DNA from: Candidatus Nosocomiicoccus stercorigallinarum
Lineage (GTDB): Bacteria > Bacillota > Bacilli > Staphylococcales > Salinicoccaceae
Direction: 5' to 3'
Length of the DNA: 64,000 bases
NCBI GenBank assembly: GCA_019119225.1
Contig: DWXM01000017.1
Coordinates: 22,165 to 86,164 of the forward strand
Made by a program: the position numbers and the translations under genes. Each line of letters opens with the position of its first letter. The stretch's first letter is position 1. Positions 32,538 to 43,072 of the stretch are shown in pieces. The notes under the pieces are model-generated. The model had not been told where the DNA came from. It searched no databases and saw only the letters and a list, made by a program, of their open reading frames with translations.

Positions 32538-33674
32538 ATGAAAATTGGAGTGACATGTTATCCAAGTGTTGGTGGAAGTGGGATTATCGCGACAGAACTC
32601 GCAATAGAAATGTCAAAACTCGGTCATGAGATTCACTTTATTGCTTCTAGTGTACCATTTCGATTAATTGGTAATTATTCTAATATTTATGTACATACAG
32701 TTGAAATCAATGATTATAATGTCTTTAAATTTAGACCGTATGACATTACACTTGCTTCAAAAATTGCAGAAGTTATTGATTTACATGATTTAGATGTTAT
32801 TCATATGCACTATGCGATCCCACATGCTGTAGCAGGCATATTAGGGAATCAGATGTCTAAACGTAACGTTGGTATTATAACGACACTTCACGGTACAGAT
32901 ATTACCGTTTTAGGTCACGATAGAAGTCTAGAGCCTGCGATACGTTTTGGTATTGAAAATTCAGATGTGACGACGGCTGTGTCGAATAGTTTAAAACAAC
33001 AAACTATTGATATGATTAAGCCTAATAAGGATATAGAAACTATATACAACTTCGTTGATGAAACTCGTTTTAATCGAAATAATTTAGAAGAAGTGAAACG
33101 ACATATGAAACAGAGTCTCGGTATCGATCAAGACTCAAAAGTGATTATGCATTCTTCAAACTTCAGGAAAATCAAAAACATACAAACGATAGTTGAAGCT
33201 TTTAACATTATTCAACAATCTGTAAAGTGTGATTTAGTTTTAGCTGGAGATGGTCCTGAAATTGCTCCAGTTCGAGACTTAATCTACGAACTAGGTATAG
33301 AAGATAAAGTCCATCTCGTCGGTCAACAAACAGATGTTACATCATTTTATAAAATGAGTGACTTATTCATGCTATTAAGTATCAAAGAAAGTTTTGGCCT
33401 TGCGCTTTTAGAAGCAATGAACTGTGGTAGTGTACCTATTGGTTCAAATGCTGGTGGTATTAAAGAAGTTATTAAGCACGGTGAAACTGGCTATATAGTT
33501 GACGTATATGACAAAGAATCTGCAGCAGAATATGCTATTCAATTGTTAACGAATGAAACACTTTATAAAGATATGCAAGAAACAATGATTAAAGACGTAA
33601 GATCTAGATTTGGAGAAAAAGAAATTGTTTCACAATACGAGAATATTTATAAATCTGTCATTAAGGAAAATTAA
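32538..33674 (+). CDS. bshA: N-acetyl-alpha-D-glucosaminyl L-malate synthase (bacillithiol)
   Basis: CYPSVGGSG, HMHYAIPHA, TTLHGTDIT, ESFGL. Confidence 0.95.
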   Translation: MKIGVTCYPSVGGSGIIATELAIEMSKLGHEIHFIASSVPFRLIGNYSNIYVHTVEINDYNVFKFRPYDITLASKIAEVIDLHDLDVIHMHYAIPHAVAGILGNQMSKRNVGIITTLHGTDITVLGHDRSLEPAIRFGIENSDVTTAVSNSLKQQTIDMIKPNKDIETIYNFVDETRFNRNNLEEVKRHMKQSLGIDQDSKVIMHSSNFRKIKNIQTIVEAFNIIQQSVKCDLVLAGDGPEIAPVRDLIYELGIEDKVHLVGQQTDVTSFYKMSDLFMLLSIKESFGLALLEAMNCGSVPIGSNAGGIKEVIKHGETGYIVDVYDKESAAEYAIQLLTNETLYKDMQETMIKDVRSRFGEKEIVSQYENIYKSVIKEN

Positions 33675-33676
33675 AT

Positions 33677-34855
33677 ATGAATCTTGAAGAAACTTTTAAA
33701 GAAGCAAATACAATATTAGATACTTTACAAAAAAATGGATTTGAAGCATATTATGTCGGCGGATCAGTGAGAGATTATTTAATGGACGTAAGCATCGGAG
33801 ATATCGATATTACTACGAATGCACTTCCAGAAGATATTCAAAATATTTTCCCACGTACAATTGATGTTGGAGTTGAACATGGCACTGTGATTGTCGTTAT
33901 AAATAAAACTCCATTTGAAGTGACAACTTATCGTACTGAGACAACGTATTCAGACTATAGAAGACCAGACTCAGTGTCTTTTACAACATCTATAAAAGAA
34001 GATTTAGCACGTCGTGACTTTACAATGAATGCTGTGGCTATGGATCGAATGTTTAAAATTTATGATCCATACAATGGTCAATTATCAATTAAAAATAAAG
34101 AAATTGTAACAGTTGGAGATCCGTATGAACGTTTTAATGAAGATGCATTAAGAATGCTTCGTGCAATTCGTTTTGTATCACAATTAGATTTTAAATTAAA
34201 TGAAAGTACATTTAATGGAATCGTAAAGCTTGCTTCAAATGTCCAATACATCTCAGTTGAACGTATCGTCCAAGAATTAAAAAAACTTTATAGTGGAGTA
34301 AATGTATCACATGCAAAAAGTTTATTAATTGATTCTCAAATGCTTAATTTCATACCTTATTTTAATAAGTTAGATATAGATTATATTAAAAAAACAAATG
34401 TACATTCATTCATCAATGAAATTATCATTCAACAAATATTGAACGAGAATATTCATTTTGAAAATGAGCTAAAGCTTTCGAACGATGAAAAAAATAATAT
34501 TAAGGAATCTTTAAGTCTTTATAAAAATCTAGCTGAAAATGAATCACCAATATTACACGCGTATAATTATACTAAACATGTTATATTAAATTTAAAAAAT
34601 ATTATTAGTGATAATAATTTTTTAAACCAACAATATTTAAATCAAATCGACGATATACTATTAGAAAAGAAACGACTAAAGATTAGAAGTAAGAAAGATC
34701 TTGCTGTAAATGGTAATGACTTAATGAAAACGTTAAATAGACATGGAGGCCCTTGGTTAAAAGAGTTACTTTCAGAAATTGAAAGAAATGTTTTATTTAG
34801 TAAATTAGACAATAATTATGAGTCGATTATAGAGTGGGTGAAAAATGAATATTAA
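33677..34855 (+). CDS. cca: CCA-adding tRNA nucleotidyltransferase
   Basis: VGGSVRD, DIDITT, RRDFTMNA, EDALRMLRA. Confidence 0.95.
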   Translation: MNLEETFKEANTILDTLQKNGFEAYYVGGSVRDYLMDVSIGDIDITTNALPEDIQNIFPRTIDVGVEHGTVIVVINKTPFEVTTYRTETTYSDYRRPDSVSFTTSIKEDLARRDFTMNAVAMDRMFKIYDPYNGQLSIKNKEIVTVGDPYERFNEDALRMLRAIRFVSQLDFKLNESTFNGIVKLASNVQYISVERIVQELKKLYSGVNVSHAKSLLIDSQMLNFIPYFNKLDIDYIKKTNVHSFINEIIIQQILNENIHFENELKLSNDEKNNIKESLSLYKNLAENESPILHAYNYTKHVILNLKNIISDNNFLNQQYLNQIDDILLEKKRLKIRSKKDLAVNGNDLMKTLNRHGGPWLKELLSEIERNVLFSKLDNNYESIIEWVKNEY

Positions 34856-35603
34856 AAATTCTGTAAAAGTTGCATCAGAAAATAGTAAATACTTTCAATC
34901 ACTAATATTCAAAGATACCATTAATTCAACTCAAACGATTGCTAAAGAGGAGTTAAAGAACTATAAGGACGAATTTTTAGTTGCAGCACTCACTCAAACT
35001 GATGGTGTTGGTCGATTTAAAAGAAACTGGGAATCCCCGAAGGATAAGGGATTTTACGGATCATTTGTATTTAGACCTGATGTAAGTAGAGAAAAACTTA
35101 TAGAGTTTAACTTATTTATAGCACTCGCAATAACTAAAACTATCGAGTCTTTTATAGATTACAATATAAAAATTAAGTGGCCAAATGATATTTACATTGA
35201 TGGTAAAAAAGTCTGTGGTTTTTTAACCGAGATGGTTAAAGAAAAGGAACAGTTTTCTATCATTTGTGGAATAGGAATTAACTTATTTCATGAGAAGTCT
35301 GAAGTCGATAAAAAAGAGTCGATTGAACGATTTGCGAATAAAACATTTAATGTAGAAGACTTTATTAATCTCTTAATTCATAATATTGAAACGTATTATG
35401 AATTATTTTTAAGTCAAGACTTTAAGTCTATTAGAAATGAGTATATAAGTTATTCTGTCGTATTAGGTAATAGGATTAAAATTACGACGTCAAGCGAACA
35501 ATTTTATGCTAAGGCAATTGATATTGATGATAATGGTATACTTGTAGTAATTAATGATGACGGTCATATAAAAAGAGTCATCAGTGCAGATATTGAAGAA
35601 TAG
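34845..35603 (+). CDS. birA: Biotin protein ligase lacking the N-terminal HTH
   Basis: STQ, QTDGVGRFKRNW, KWPNDI, KKVCGFL, GIGIN. Confidence 0.9.
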   Translation: MNIKNSVKVASENSKYFQSLIFKDTINSTQTIAKEELKNYKDEFLVAALTQTDGVGRFKRNWESPKDKGFYGSFVFRPDVSREKLIEFNLFIALAITKTIESFIDYNIKIKWPNDIYIDGKKVCGFLTEMVKEKEQFSIICGIGINLFHEKSEVDKKESIERFANKTFNVEDFINLLIHNIETYYELFLSQDFKSIRNEYISYSVVLGNRIKITTSSEQFYAKAIDIDDNGILVVINDDGHIKRVISADIEE

Positions 35604-35616
35604 AGTTGTGATTTGT

Positions 35617-38115
35617 ATGTTAGATAAGCGATTTGCTGTTGTGGATTTAGAAACGACTGGAAATGATCCACATAAAGATAAAATAATTGATTTGAGTATT
35701 GTGTTTGTTGAAGGAAATAAAATTGTCGGCGATTATAATCATTTAATTTCTGATGCCGACGATATACCTTCATTTGTGACAGAACTCACTTCAATTACAT
35801 TAGAAGACATTAAATCAGGTGTAAAGTTTAGCGATATTAAAGATGAAGTCTATGAATTACTCGCTAACTGCTGCTTTGTTGCACATAACATTGAATTTGA
35901 TTTAAATTTTTTAAAAATTGCATTTAAAGAAGTAGGAATTAACTTTAAGCCAAATTTAGCGATAGATACAGTAGAGTTGTCAAAAGTATTTTTCCCAACA
36001 TTAAACTCGTATCAACTTGGTGCTTTATCAAAATCTTTAAATTTAACGCTAGATAATGCACATCGAGCATATGATGATGCTAAAGCGACGGCAGAGCTTC
36101 TTATAAAAATTATAAATGAGATTCAACGTTTAGACCGACAAACGATGATACGTTTATATAACATATCTAAATCATTAGACACGAATGTCAGTGAATTGTT
36201 ATTTGCATCGTTAAGTGAGAATAATCATAAAGATGCGTCATTTTTAGTAAAATCTTTAAGTTTAAAAGAAGTTAAAGAACAACAGCAAGTAAAAAATCAT
36301 ATAACGATTGAATCGTTGTATGAAAACTTTTTAGAGATGAACCAATTTAAACATCGAGATGATCAAATCGAGTTAATCTATACTGTCTATAATAGTTTAA
36401 AAGAAAATAAAGCACTCGCTTTAGAAGCATATACTGGTCTTGGTAAAACTGAAGCTATATTAATTGCGAGCATTGCGTTTAGTAATGAGACAAATCAACA
36501 AATTTTAATTTCAACGAGTAAAAAGATATTACAAGAGGAAATGTATTATCGTAGTTTAAAGCGTTTATTAAAAGCATCAAATTTAAACAAATTACCTATT
36601 GCGATGTTAAAAGGGAAGTCAAATTATATTAATTTAAATACGATGCTTAAATTGCTTGAATTTAAAGATGACAATTACGAAATTATAATTCTTAAAATGA
36701 AATTACTTGTATGGCTAACATCCACAAAAACTGGTGACTTAGGTGAAGTCTCATTAAAAGGACCTGAAAAACTCTATTATGACACTGCACATTATCAAAT
36801 CAGTGATTACGATCAATACTTTTATAATCGTGCGGTAGATCATGCTAAATCGAGTCATATATGTATTACGAATCATTATTTTATGCAAGAGTGTCTAACT
36901 GAAATGGATAGTAAATATTTGATTGTCGATGAAGCCCATCAAGTATTAAAAGCAGTAAACAATCAAAACGAAACCGGATATAAATATATGGATTTAAAGT
37001 TTTTATTATCCCAAATTGGAGTAAACAATAAGGATCGTATTTTAAAAGATTATTTAGACCATAATCATTATGAGAAAAAAGATTATTTAATTAGTATGCT
37101 TAGTCAGTTAAATAAAACAATTGACGAAGCATTTACTCAATTAAATCATCAAAATATAACTCGGGCGACAACTCACTTTACACATATTTTAAATTTAATC
37201 GACATTGTTTTAAGTTCAATTTTAAATACTGAAAACTATGAGTCTTTATATAATTACCTTAATCATTTTAAACTTAAAATCCATGATATTGTAAAACATT
37301 TAAAAAGCAATGAATACAGATTAATTACTGATAAAAATTTCCAAAAGACAACACTTTTTGTTAATAATCATTCTAAAGAATTGTTATATACCGAGTTAGA
37401 ATCTTTAAAAGGGCAATTACTCATTTCTGGTACGTTAGAAGTCAATGAGTCATTTAATCATTTAGACGAATGGTTTAATGGTGAATTTGAAAAGAAAATT
37501 ATTAAAAATGATAATCTTTTTGACAATGTCGATCTATTTATACCAAATGATGTTCATGACTTAAATGATAGAGAAGCATATATTATAGATCTTGTAGACT
37601 ATATATCAATGTACTACAGTATTCGACAAGAAAAGACAATTGTATTATTTACCAATTATAAGTTATTAAATGACGTGTATCAGTTTATCATTGAAAGTGA
37701 ACTATTTGATTTTCCGATATTAAAGCAAAATAAAAATGATTCAGCAAATAAGTTATTACTTCAATATAATCAACTTCAAAACTGTTTATTACTTGCGACT
37801 GAAAGTTTCACTGAAGGGATTAATTTTGAAAACCTAAATGACCGTACAATCTTTTTAACAAAATTACCTTTCCCTGTACCAACAGGTGAAGGATTTAGAC
37901 ATTTCTATAAAGAAGATTTACCAGACGCGGTATTTATGTTCAGACAAATTTTAGGACGTATTAAACGTAATGAAAATGATAGTGGTAGAATTGTTCTTTT
38001 TGATAACCGATTACTCAATAAGACTTATAAAAATGCATTTTTAAAATATTTCGAGGAAGAAAATATCATCTATGATGATAGGTCAGCTTTCAATGATATG
38101 TTAACTAGATTATAA
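35617..38115 (+). CDS. dinG: DinG family 3'-5' exonuclease/helicase
   Basis: VVDLETTG, AHNIEFD, HRAYDDA (DEDDh), TGLGKT, DEAH. Confidence 0.92.
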   Translation: MLDKRFAVVDLETTGNDPHKDKIIDLSIVFVEGNKIVGDYNHLISDADDIPSFVTELTSITLEDIKSGVKFSDIKDEVYELLANCCFVAHNIEFDLNFLKIAFKEVGINFKPNLAIDTVELSKVFFPTLNSYQLGALSKSLNLTLDNAHRAYDDAKATAELLIKIINEIQRLDRQTMIRLYNISKSLDTNVSELLFASLSENNHKDASFLVKSLSLKEVKEQQQVKNHITIESLYENFLEMNQFKHRDDQIELIYTVYNSLKENKALALEAYTGLGKTEAILIASIAFSNETNQQILISTSKKILQEEMYYRSLKRLLKASNLNKLPIAMLKGKSNYINLNTMLKLLEFKDDNYEIIILKMKLLVWLTSTKTGDLGEVSLKGPEKLYYDTAHYQISDYDQYFYNRAVDHAKSSHICITNHYFMQECLTEMDSKYLIVDEAHQVLKAVNNQNETGYKYMDLKFLLSQIGVNNKDRILKDYLDHNHYEKKDYLISMLSQLNKTIDEAFTQLNHQNITRATTHFTHILNLIDIVLSSILNTENYESLYNYLNHFKLKIHDIVKHLKSNEYRLITDKNFQKTTLFVNNHSKELLYTELESLKGQLLISGTLEVNESFNHLDEWFNGEFEKKIIKNDNLFDNVDLFIPNDVHDLNDREAYIIDLVDYISMYYSIRQEKTIVLFTNYKLLNDVYQFIIESELFDFPILKQNKNDSANKLLLQYNQLQNCLLLATESFTEGINFENLNDRTIFLTKLPFPVPTGEGFRHFYKEDLPDAVFMFRQILGRIKRNENDSGRIVLFDNRLLNKTYKNAFLKYFEEENIIYDDRSAFNDMLTRL

Positions 38116-38148
38116 TAAAATTATTAACCATTTTAGGGGGAGAATATT

Positions 38149-39333
38149 GTGCAAATCTCAAAAAGAATGGATCTATTACAACCAAGTCCAACAATCGCCA
38201 TTTCAAATTTAGCACGCGATTTAAAAGCGGAGGGTAAAGATATCATAAGTCTTTCTGCTGGTGAGCCTGACTTTAATACTCCAAAAGAAATCATTGACTC
38301 AGCATATGAAGCAGCGTTAGAAGGACAAACTAAGTACGCTGCAACAACAGGAATCTTACCACTACGTGAAGCAATTAAAAATAAAATGAAAAAAGATAAT
38401 AATCTCGATTATAATGTAGATGAAATTTTTGTTGGTAGTGGAGCAAAACAGGTGTTATTTAATATTTTTCTAGCGATATTAAATCCTGGAGATGAGGTTA
38501 TAATTCCATCGCCGTACTGGGTATCTTATATCGATCAAGTAAAATTTGCTGAAGGAACACCGGTCGTTGCTAATACAACAAGTAAAACAAATTATAAATT
38601 AACACCAGAAATCTTAGATAATCATGTTACTGATAAGACTAAAATTTTAATTTTAAATTCTCCAAATAACCCCACAGGTGTCATCTACAGTAAAGATGAA
38701 CTAAAAGCACTCGCAGATTACTTAGAAGATAAAGATATTATCGTCGTTTCTGACGAAATCTATGAAGTATTAGTTTATGAAGGTAAACATTATTCAATTG
38801 CTGAAATGAGTGACAAAATGAAACAAAGCACCGTTGTTGTAAATGGTGTCAGTAAATCTCATGCAATGACTGGATGGAGAATCGGATATGCATGTGGCGA
38901 CAAATCACTGATTAAAGCAATGTCTAAATTACAAAGTCAGTCAGTATCTAGCGTAACAACACCTGCACAGTTCGCTGCAATTAAAGCCTATAATTTAGAT
39001 GAGGCATACTTAAAAGATTATAATCAAACGTTTAAAAATCGCCGTGATAATGCGTATAAAGAAATTCAAAAGATTCCGTACATCACATGTGTAGAACCAA
39101 CTGGAGCGTTTTACTTGTTCCCTGATGTAAAAGAACTTGTTGAAAAATGTAACTTTGATAATGTAGACGCGTTTGTAGAAGCACTTTTAAAGGAAAAACA
39201 CATTGCATTAGTTCCAGGTTCAGCATTTGGTTCTGAAAATAACTTACGTATCAGTTACGCACTAAGTGAAGATAAATTTAATGAAGCAATGCGTCGTCTT
39301 AAAGAGTTTGTAGAAACACATTTAAATAATTAA
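38149..39333 (+). CDS. aspB: Aspartate aminotransferase (class I PLP)
   Basis: GEPDFNTP, NSPNNPTG, DEIY, SKSHAMTGWRIGY. Confidence 0.9.
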   Translation: MQISKRMDLLQPSPTIAISNLARDLKAEGKDIISLSAGEPDFNTPKEIIDSAYEAALEGQTKYAATTGILPLREAIKNKMKKDNNLDYNVDEIFVGSGAKQVLFNIFLAILNPGDEVIIPSPYWVSYIDQVKFAEGTPVVANTTSKTNYKLTPEILDNHVTDKTKILILNSPNNPTGVIYSKDELKALADYLEDKDIIVVSDEIYEVLVYEGKHYSIAEMSDKMKQSTVVVNGVSKSHAMTGWRIGYACGDKSLIKAMSKLQSQSVSSVTTPAQFAAIKAYNLDEAYLKDYNQTFKNRRDNAYKEIQKIPYITCVEPTGAFYLFPDVKELVEKCNFDNVDAFVEALLKEKHIALVPGSAFGSENNLRISYALSEDKFNEAMRRLKEFVETHLNN

Positions 39334-39341
39334 TCAAAAAT

Positions 39342-39370
39342 AAAGAGATATTAGCTACTAATATCTCTTT
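39342..39370 (+). terminator. Hairpin, probable terminator after aspB
   Basis: AAAGAGATATTAG-cta-CTAATATCTCTTT. Confidence 0.75.
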
Positions 39371-39395
39371 AATTATTAAAAGTAGGTGAATTTTT

Positions 39396-39992
39396 ATGAA
39401 TGAATATATAAAATTTATTCGTATTACTGTAAATAAGCTTTTAATTGATCATTATGCTAAAATTGGTCTTGATGAAAAACTCACCATTTTATTAATTCGA
39501 TTAATTGAATATAGTAATGATGGCAGTAAAGAGATCTCTTTTGACGATATTATCGAAGGTTCAACTTTTACCCCTGAAGAACTATCTATACTTATTCAGA
39601 AATTAATAGAAGAAAACTTTATTAATATTAATACTAAAGTTATCGATGGCAAGCATATTGAAACATATGACTTTAATCCACTTTATAATAAACTAGAAAA
39701 TGTTATTACGGATAAAGAAGAACCTACATATACTGATGATGATGTCAAAAACTTATTTCAATACATTGAAAAACTATATGGTAGAACACTCGGACCTAGT
39801 GAATATGAACGTATGACTGCATGGTTAAGAGATGATGGCTATAGTACAGAAAGTATTAAAGAAGGCGTAGATATCGCATACAAAAATAATGTAACTTCAC
39901 TAAGTTATGTAGAGAAAATACTCCACAGTATGAAAAAAGAAGATACAAACGAACCAAATGTTCCATTTATAAATTGGTTAGAAGGAGATTAA
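39396..39992 (+). CDS. dnaD: DNA replication protein DnaD
   Basis: GRTLGPSE, YVEKIL, C-terminal PFINWLE. Confidence 0.85.
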   Translation: MNEYIKFIRITVNKLLIDHYAKIGLDEKLTILLIRLIEYSNDGSKEISFDDIIEGSTFTPEELSILIQKLIEENFININTKVIDGKHIETYDFNPLYNKLENVITDKEEPTYTDDDVKNLFQYIEKLYGRTLGPSEYERMTAWLRDDGYSTESIKEGVDIAYKNNVTSLSYVEKILHSMKKEDTNEPNVPFINWLEGD

Positions 39993-39995
39993 ACA

Positions 39996-40661
39996 TTGTT
40001 AAGTAAAAAGAAGACGATGGAAGCATTAGATATCATTCACGACATGTTTCCTGAAGCTGAAGCTGAGTTAAACTATAGTAATGAATTTGAGTTAACTATT
40101 GCGGTATTATTATCTGCTCAAGCAACAGATATATCAGTAAATAAAGTCACCGATCACTTATTTAAGAAATATAAAACACCAGAAGATTATCTAAATGTAC
40201 CGTTAGAAGAACTAGAAAATGATATAAGAACAATTGGACTATATCGTACAAAAGCAAAAAATATTCAAAAATTATGTCGTGACTTAATTGATAAATTTGA
40301 CGGTAAAGTACCAACGAATTACGATGAATTAATTACACTTGCAGGTGTCGGTCGAAAAACCGCAAACGTTGTGTTAAGCGTTGCATTTGATACACCGAGA
40401 ATTGCTGTCGATACACATGTTGAACGTGTCTCAAAACGCTTAGGTATTGCAAGATGGAAAGATAACGTGACTGAAGTCGAAGAAACGCTAATGAGAAAAA
40501 TACCGATGGACAGATGGAGTAAAGCTCATCATCAACTGATTTTCTTTGGAAGATATCACTGTTTAGCTAGAAATCCAAAATGCTTTGATTGTCCACTATT
40601 ATATATGTGCCGAGAAGGTCAAAAGAGAAAACGTAAATTAGAGAAAGAAAAAGCAAAGTAG
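39996..40661 (+). CDS. nth: Endonuclease III
   Basis: LLSAQATD, GVGRKTANVV, VDTHV, Fe-S cysteine cluster. Confidence 0.97.
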   Translation: MLSKKKTMEALDIIHDMFPEAEAELNYSNEFELTIAVLLSAQATDISVNKVTDHLFKKYKTPEDYLNVPLEELENDIRTIGLYRTKAKNIQKLCRDLIDKFDGKVPTNYDELITLAGVGRKTANVVLSVAFDTPRIAVDTHVERVSKRLGIARWKDNVTEVEETLMRKIPMDRWSKAHHQLIFFGRYHCLARNPKCFDCPLLYMCREGQKRKRKLEKEKAK

Positions 40662-40682
40662 CGAACGCTACTTTGCTTTTTT
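40648..40682. terminator. Bidirectional terminator between nth and ponA
   Basis: AAAAAGCAAAGTAGCG-aa-CGCTACTTTGCTTTTT. Confidence 0.9.
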
Positions 40683-43068
40683 AATTATTTGAATTATCAT
40701 CTGAATTGTTTGATGGTGGAGTAGTATTTATTTCATCACCACCAGATTCATTTGGTGTTGTGTCTTGGTTTGTATTCGAGTTTTCACTTTCTGAAGGTGT
40801 TTCTACTGGATTTGTCGTTTCAGTATCTTGTCTTTCTTGAGATTCTTTACTGTCATCTGATTCTTTACTTTCTTCAGATTGAGTGTCTTCTTCAGTTTCA
40901 TCTTCACTTGGTGTTGTGTAGTAGTATCTACGTACTTTTTGATTACTATTATTATTAGAATCATTATTATTAGTGTTGTTATTATTGTTGTTGTTATTGT
41001 TATTAGAGTTATTATTAAAGAAGAAAGAACTATCCTTTACAGCAAGTTCATTTCCGTTTATCCAATTCACACTGTCAGGCTTTGTAAAATCTTGGCCATT
41101 AAATGTACTAATTTGATTCATTACATCTTGGAAGAACCACTGCGGTGTAATATGTTCTTCGTTACCAATAAATGAAGTGACACCGTCTTTTTTAGTACTT
41201 GTAAACCCTGTCCAAACACTCATTGTATATTCTGGAGTATAGCCAACAATCCAGGCATCCTTCGCTGCGTTACTTGGTAAATTATATTCATCTAATACAC
41301 TGTCTGAATAAGACGTTGTACCAGTTTTCGCTGCGATATTTAAACCATCCATTTTTATATAATCGGCACTACCATATGGATCAAACGTGCCTTTTAACAT
41401 ATCTGTAATCATGAATGCTGTATAATCTTCCATTGCTTTATGACTTTCGTAGTCTATATCAATCTTTTCATTCTCAGAGTTAATTACATATCGCACGGCA
41501 CTCGCTTCATTAAATGTTCCTCCGTTACCAAATGCTGCGTATGCTTGTGCCATTTGAAGTGGACTAAATCTTGATTCATTACCACCGAGTACATCGTTAA
41601 ATGATACTGAATAGTCTCCGTCTAACTTTTTAGAGTAGTCAAGTCCTAATTCTTTCGAGAAATCCTCAGCAGAACCGCTCGATTCATCTTCTACTTGTTC
41701 AAATACTTTTACAGCAGGGACGTTAAAACTTTGTCTTAGAGCGTCTCTAATTGTCACCGTTCCGTGACCTTGTTTATCGTAGTTGTAAATTTGACCATCG
41801 AAATTTTTCGGTGTATAAGACATTTCATCTTGAACCGTATAATTTGTTGGTAATTTCATATTTTCTATCGCAGGTCCGTATGCAAGTATTGGCTTCATTG
41901 TGGAACCAGTATTATGTTGAGTAATCGCAAGGTTTTCTTTTACTACCTCTTGATAATCTCTACCACCACTAATCGCAACTAATGCGCCACTATTTGTATC
42001 AAGTATTGATGATGCGATGTTAAAATCATCACTCTTAAATTTATCACCATAGAAAAACTCTTTATCATCCACTGTATTTTGTAACGTACGCTGGATATTT
42101 GCGTCCATATTAGTATATATATCAATACCAGATGAAAGTAACTCAGATATTTCGATGTTATTAAATTCGTCTGACTCTTCAAGCTGTGTTTTAATAATGT
42201 TGACGTATGCAGCAAATTCAGGATCTTTTGGTTCAGTTGAAGCGCGCTCTTCTTCTGATCTTGCAATTAAGTTTGCAGTTAAATCAGTGTTTACCGCTTC
42301 ATTGTATTCATCTTCAGTAATTCTACCGTGATGAAGCATCAATGAAAGCACTTGGTTCGCACGTTTATTACCAGATTCAGCATCGACATATAAGTTATAT
42401 ACGTTTGGTAAGTTCGGTAGACCTGCTAAATATGCTGCTTCCTTTAAATTTAAATCTTCAAGCTCTTTATCAAAGTAGTATAAACTCGCAGTACGTACAC
42501 CATATATACCATCAGAATAGTAAATTTTATTTAGATACATTTCTAAAATATCATCTTTAGAATATTCTTGCTCTAAACGATAGGATAAATACGCTTCTTG
42601 TGCTTTACGTTTAATAGTTTTTTCTTCTGTTAAAAATGCACGTTTAACAACTTGCTGAGTAATTGTTGAAGCACCTTGAGATCCAAAGCCACCTGTAATA
42701 TTTTTAACTACTGCACCTCCGAGACGTTTAAAGTCAATGGCACCATGCTCATAGAATCTATTATCTTCTACAGCAAGTACAGCATCGGTCATATGTTCAG
42801 GTGTGTCATCAATATCAATATATTCTCGTTCAATGCCTTGATAAATTGTCGTAACAAGCTCGTCATTTTTATCGAAAACTCGAGAAGGAATTGGATCTTT
42901 TAATTTTTCAATACTAAATGCTGGAGCAGTTGAAGCGAAATATGCAAATACAACAATTCCAAGCACAAATACCGAAACACACGCTAATATAAATAATAGC
43001 GCGAGACGTTTCCATAACGTTTTTTTAGATTTATTATTCCTTTTATTTCTCGATAAAGGATTATTCAT
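40681..43068 (-). CDS. ponA: Class A penicillin-binding protein (PBP1A / S. aureus PBP2-like)
   Basis: EDNRFYEHG and GASTITQQ (glycosyltransferase), STMK, SFN, KTGT (transpeptidase); low-complexity tail. Confidence 0.95.
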   Translation of the reverse strand: MNNPLSRNKRNNKSKKTLWKRLALLFILACVSVFVLGIVVFAYFASTAPAFSIEKLKDPIPSRVFDKNDELVTTIYQGIEREYIDIDDTPEHMTDAVLAVEDNRFYEHGAIDFKRLGGAVVKNITGGFGSQGASTITQQVVKRAFLTEEKTIKRKAQEAYLSYRLEQEYSKDDILEMYLNKIYYSDGIYGVRTASLYYFDKELEDLNLKEAAYLAGLPNLPNVYNLYVDAESGNKRANQVLSLMLHHGRITEDEYNEAVNTDLTANLIARSEEERASTEPKDPEFAAYVNIIKTQLEESDEFNNIEISELLSSGIDIYTNMDANIQRTLQNTVDDKEFFYGDKFKSDDFNIASSILDTNSGALVAISGGRDYQEVVKENLAITQHNTGSTMKPILAYGPAIENMKLPTNYTVQDEMSYTPKNFDGQIYNYDKQGHGTVTIRDALRQSFNVPAVKVFEQVEDESSGSAEDFSKELGLDYSKKLDGDYSVSFNDVLGGNESRFSPLQMAQAYAAFGNGGTFNEASAVRYVINSENEKIDIDYESHKAMEDYTAFMITDMLKGTFDPYGSADYIKMDGLNIAAKTGTTSYSDSVLDEYNLPSNAAKDAWIVGYTPEYTMSVWTGFTSTKKDGVTSFIGNEEHITPQWFFQDVMNQISTFNGQDFTKPDSVNWINGNELAVKDSSFFFNNNSNNNNNNNNNNTNNNDSNNNSNQKVRRYYYTTPSEDETEEDTQSEESKESDDSKESQERQDTETTNPVETPSESENSNTNQDTTPNESGGDEINTTPPSNNSDDNSNN
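40942..41016 (-). repeat. AAT/AAC trinucleotide tract encoding poly-Asn in the PBP tail
   Basis: NNNSNNNNNNNNNNTNNNDSNNNSN. Confidence 0.85.
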
Positions 43069-43072
43069 CTTC

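Noticed and set aside
35617-38115. Exonuclease-DinG fusion as CRISPR type IV or defence DinG
   Set aside because: Standard Firmicute ExoDinG at the birA-dinG locus, with no cas genes or arrays nearby.
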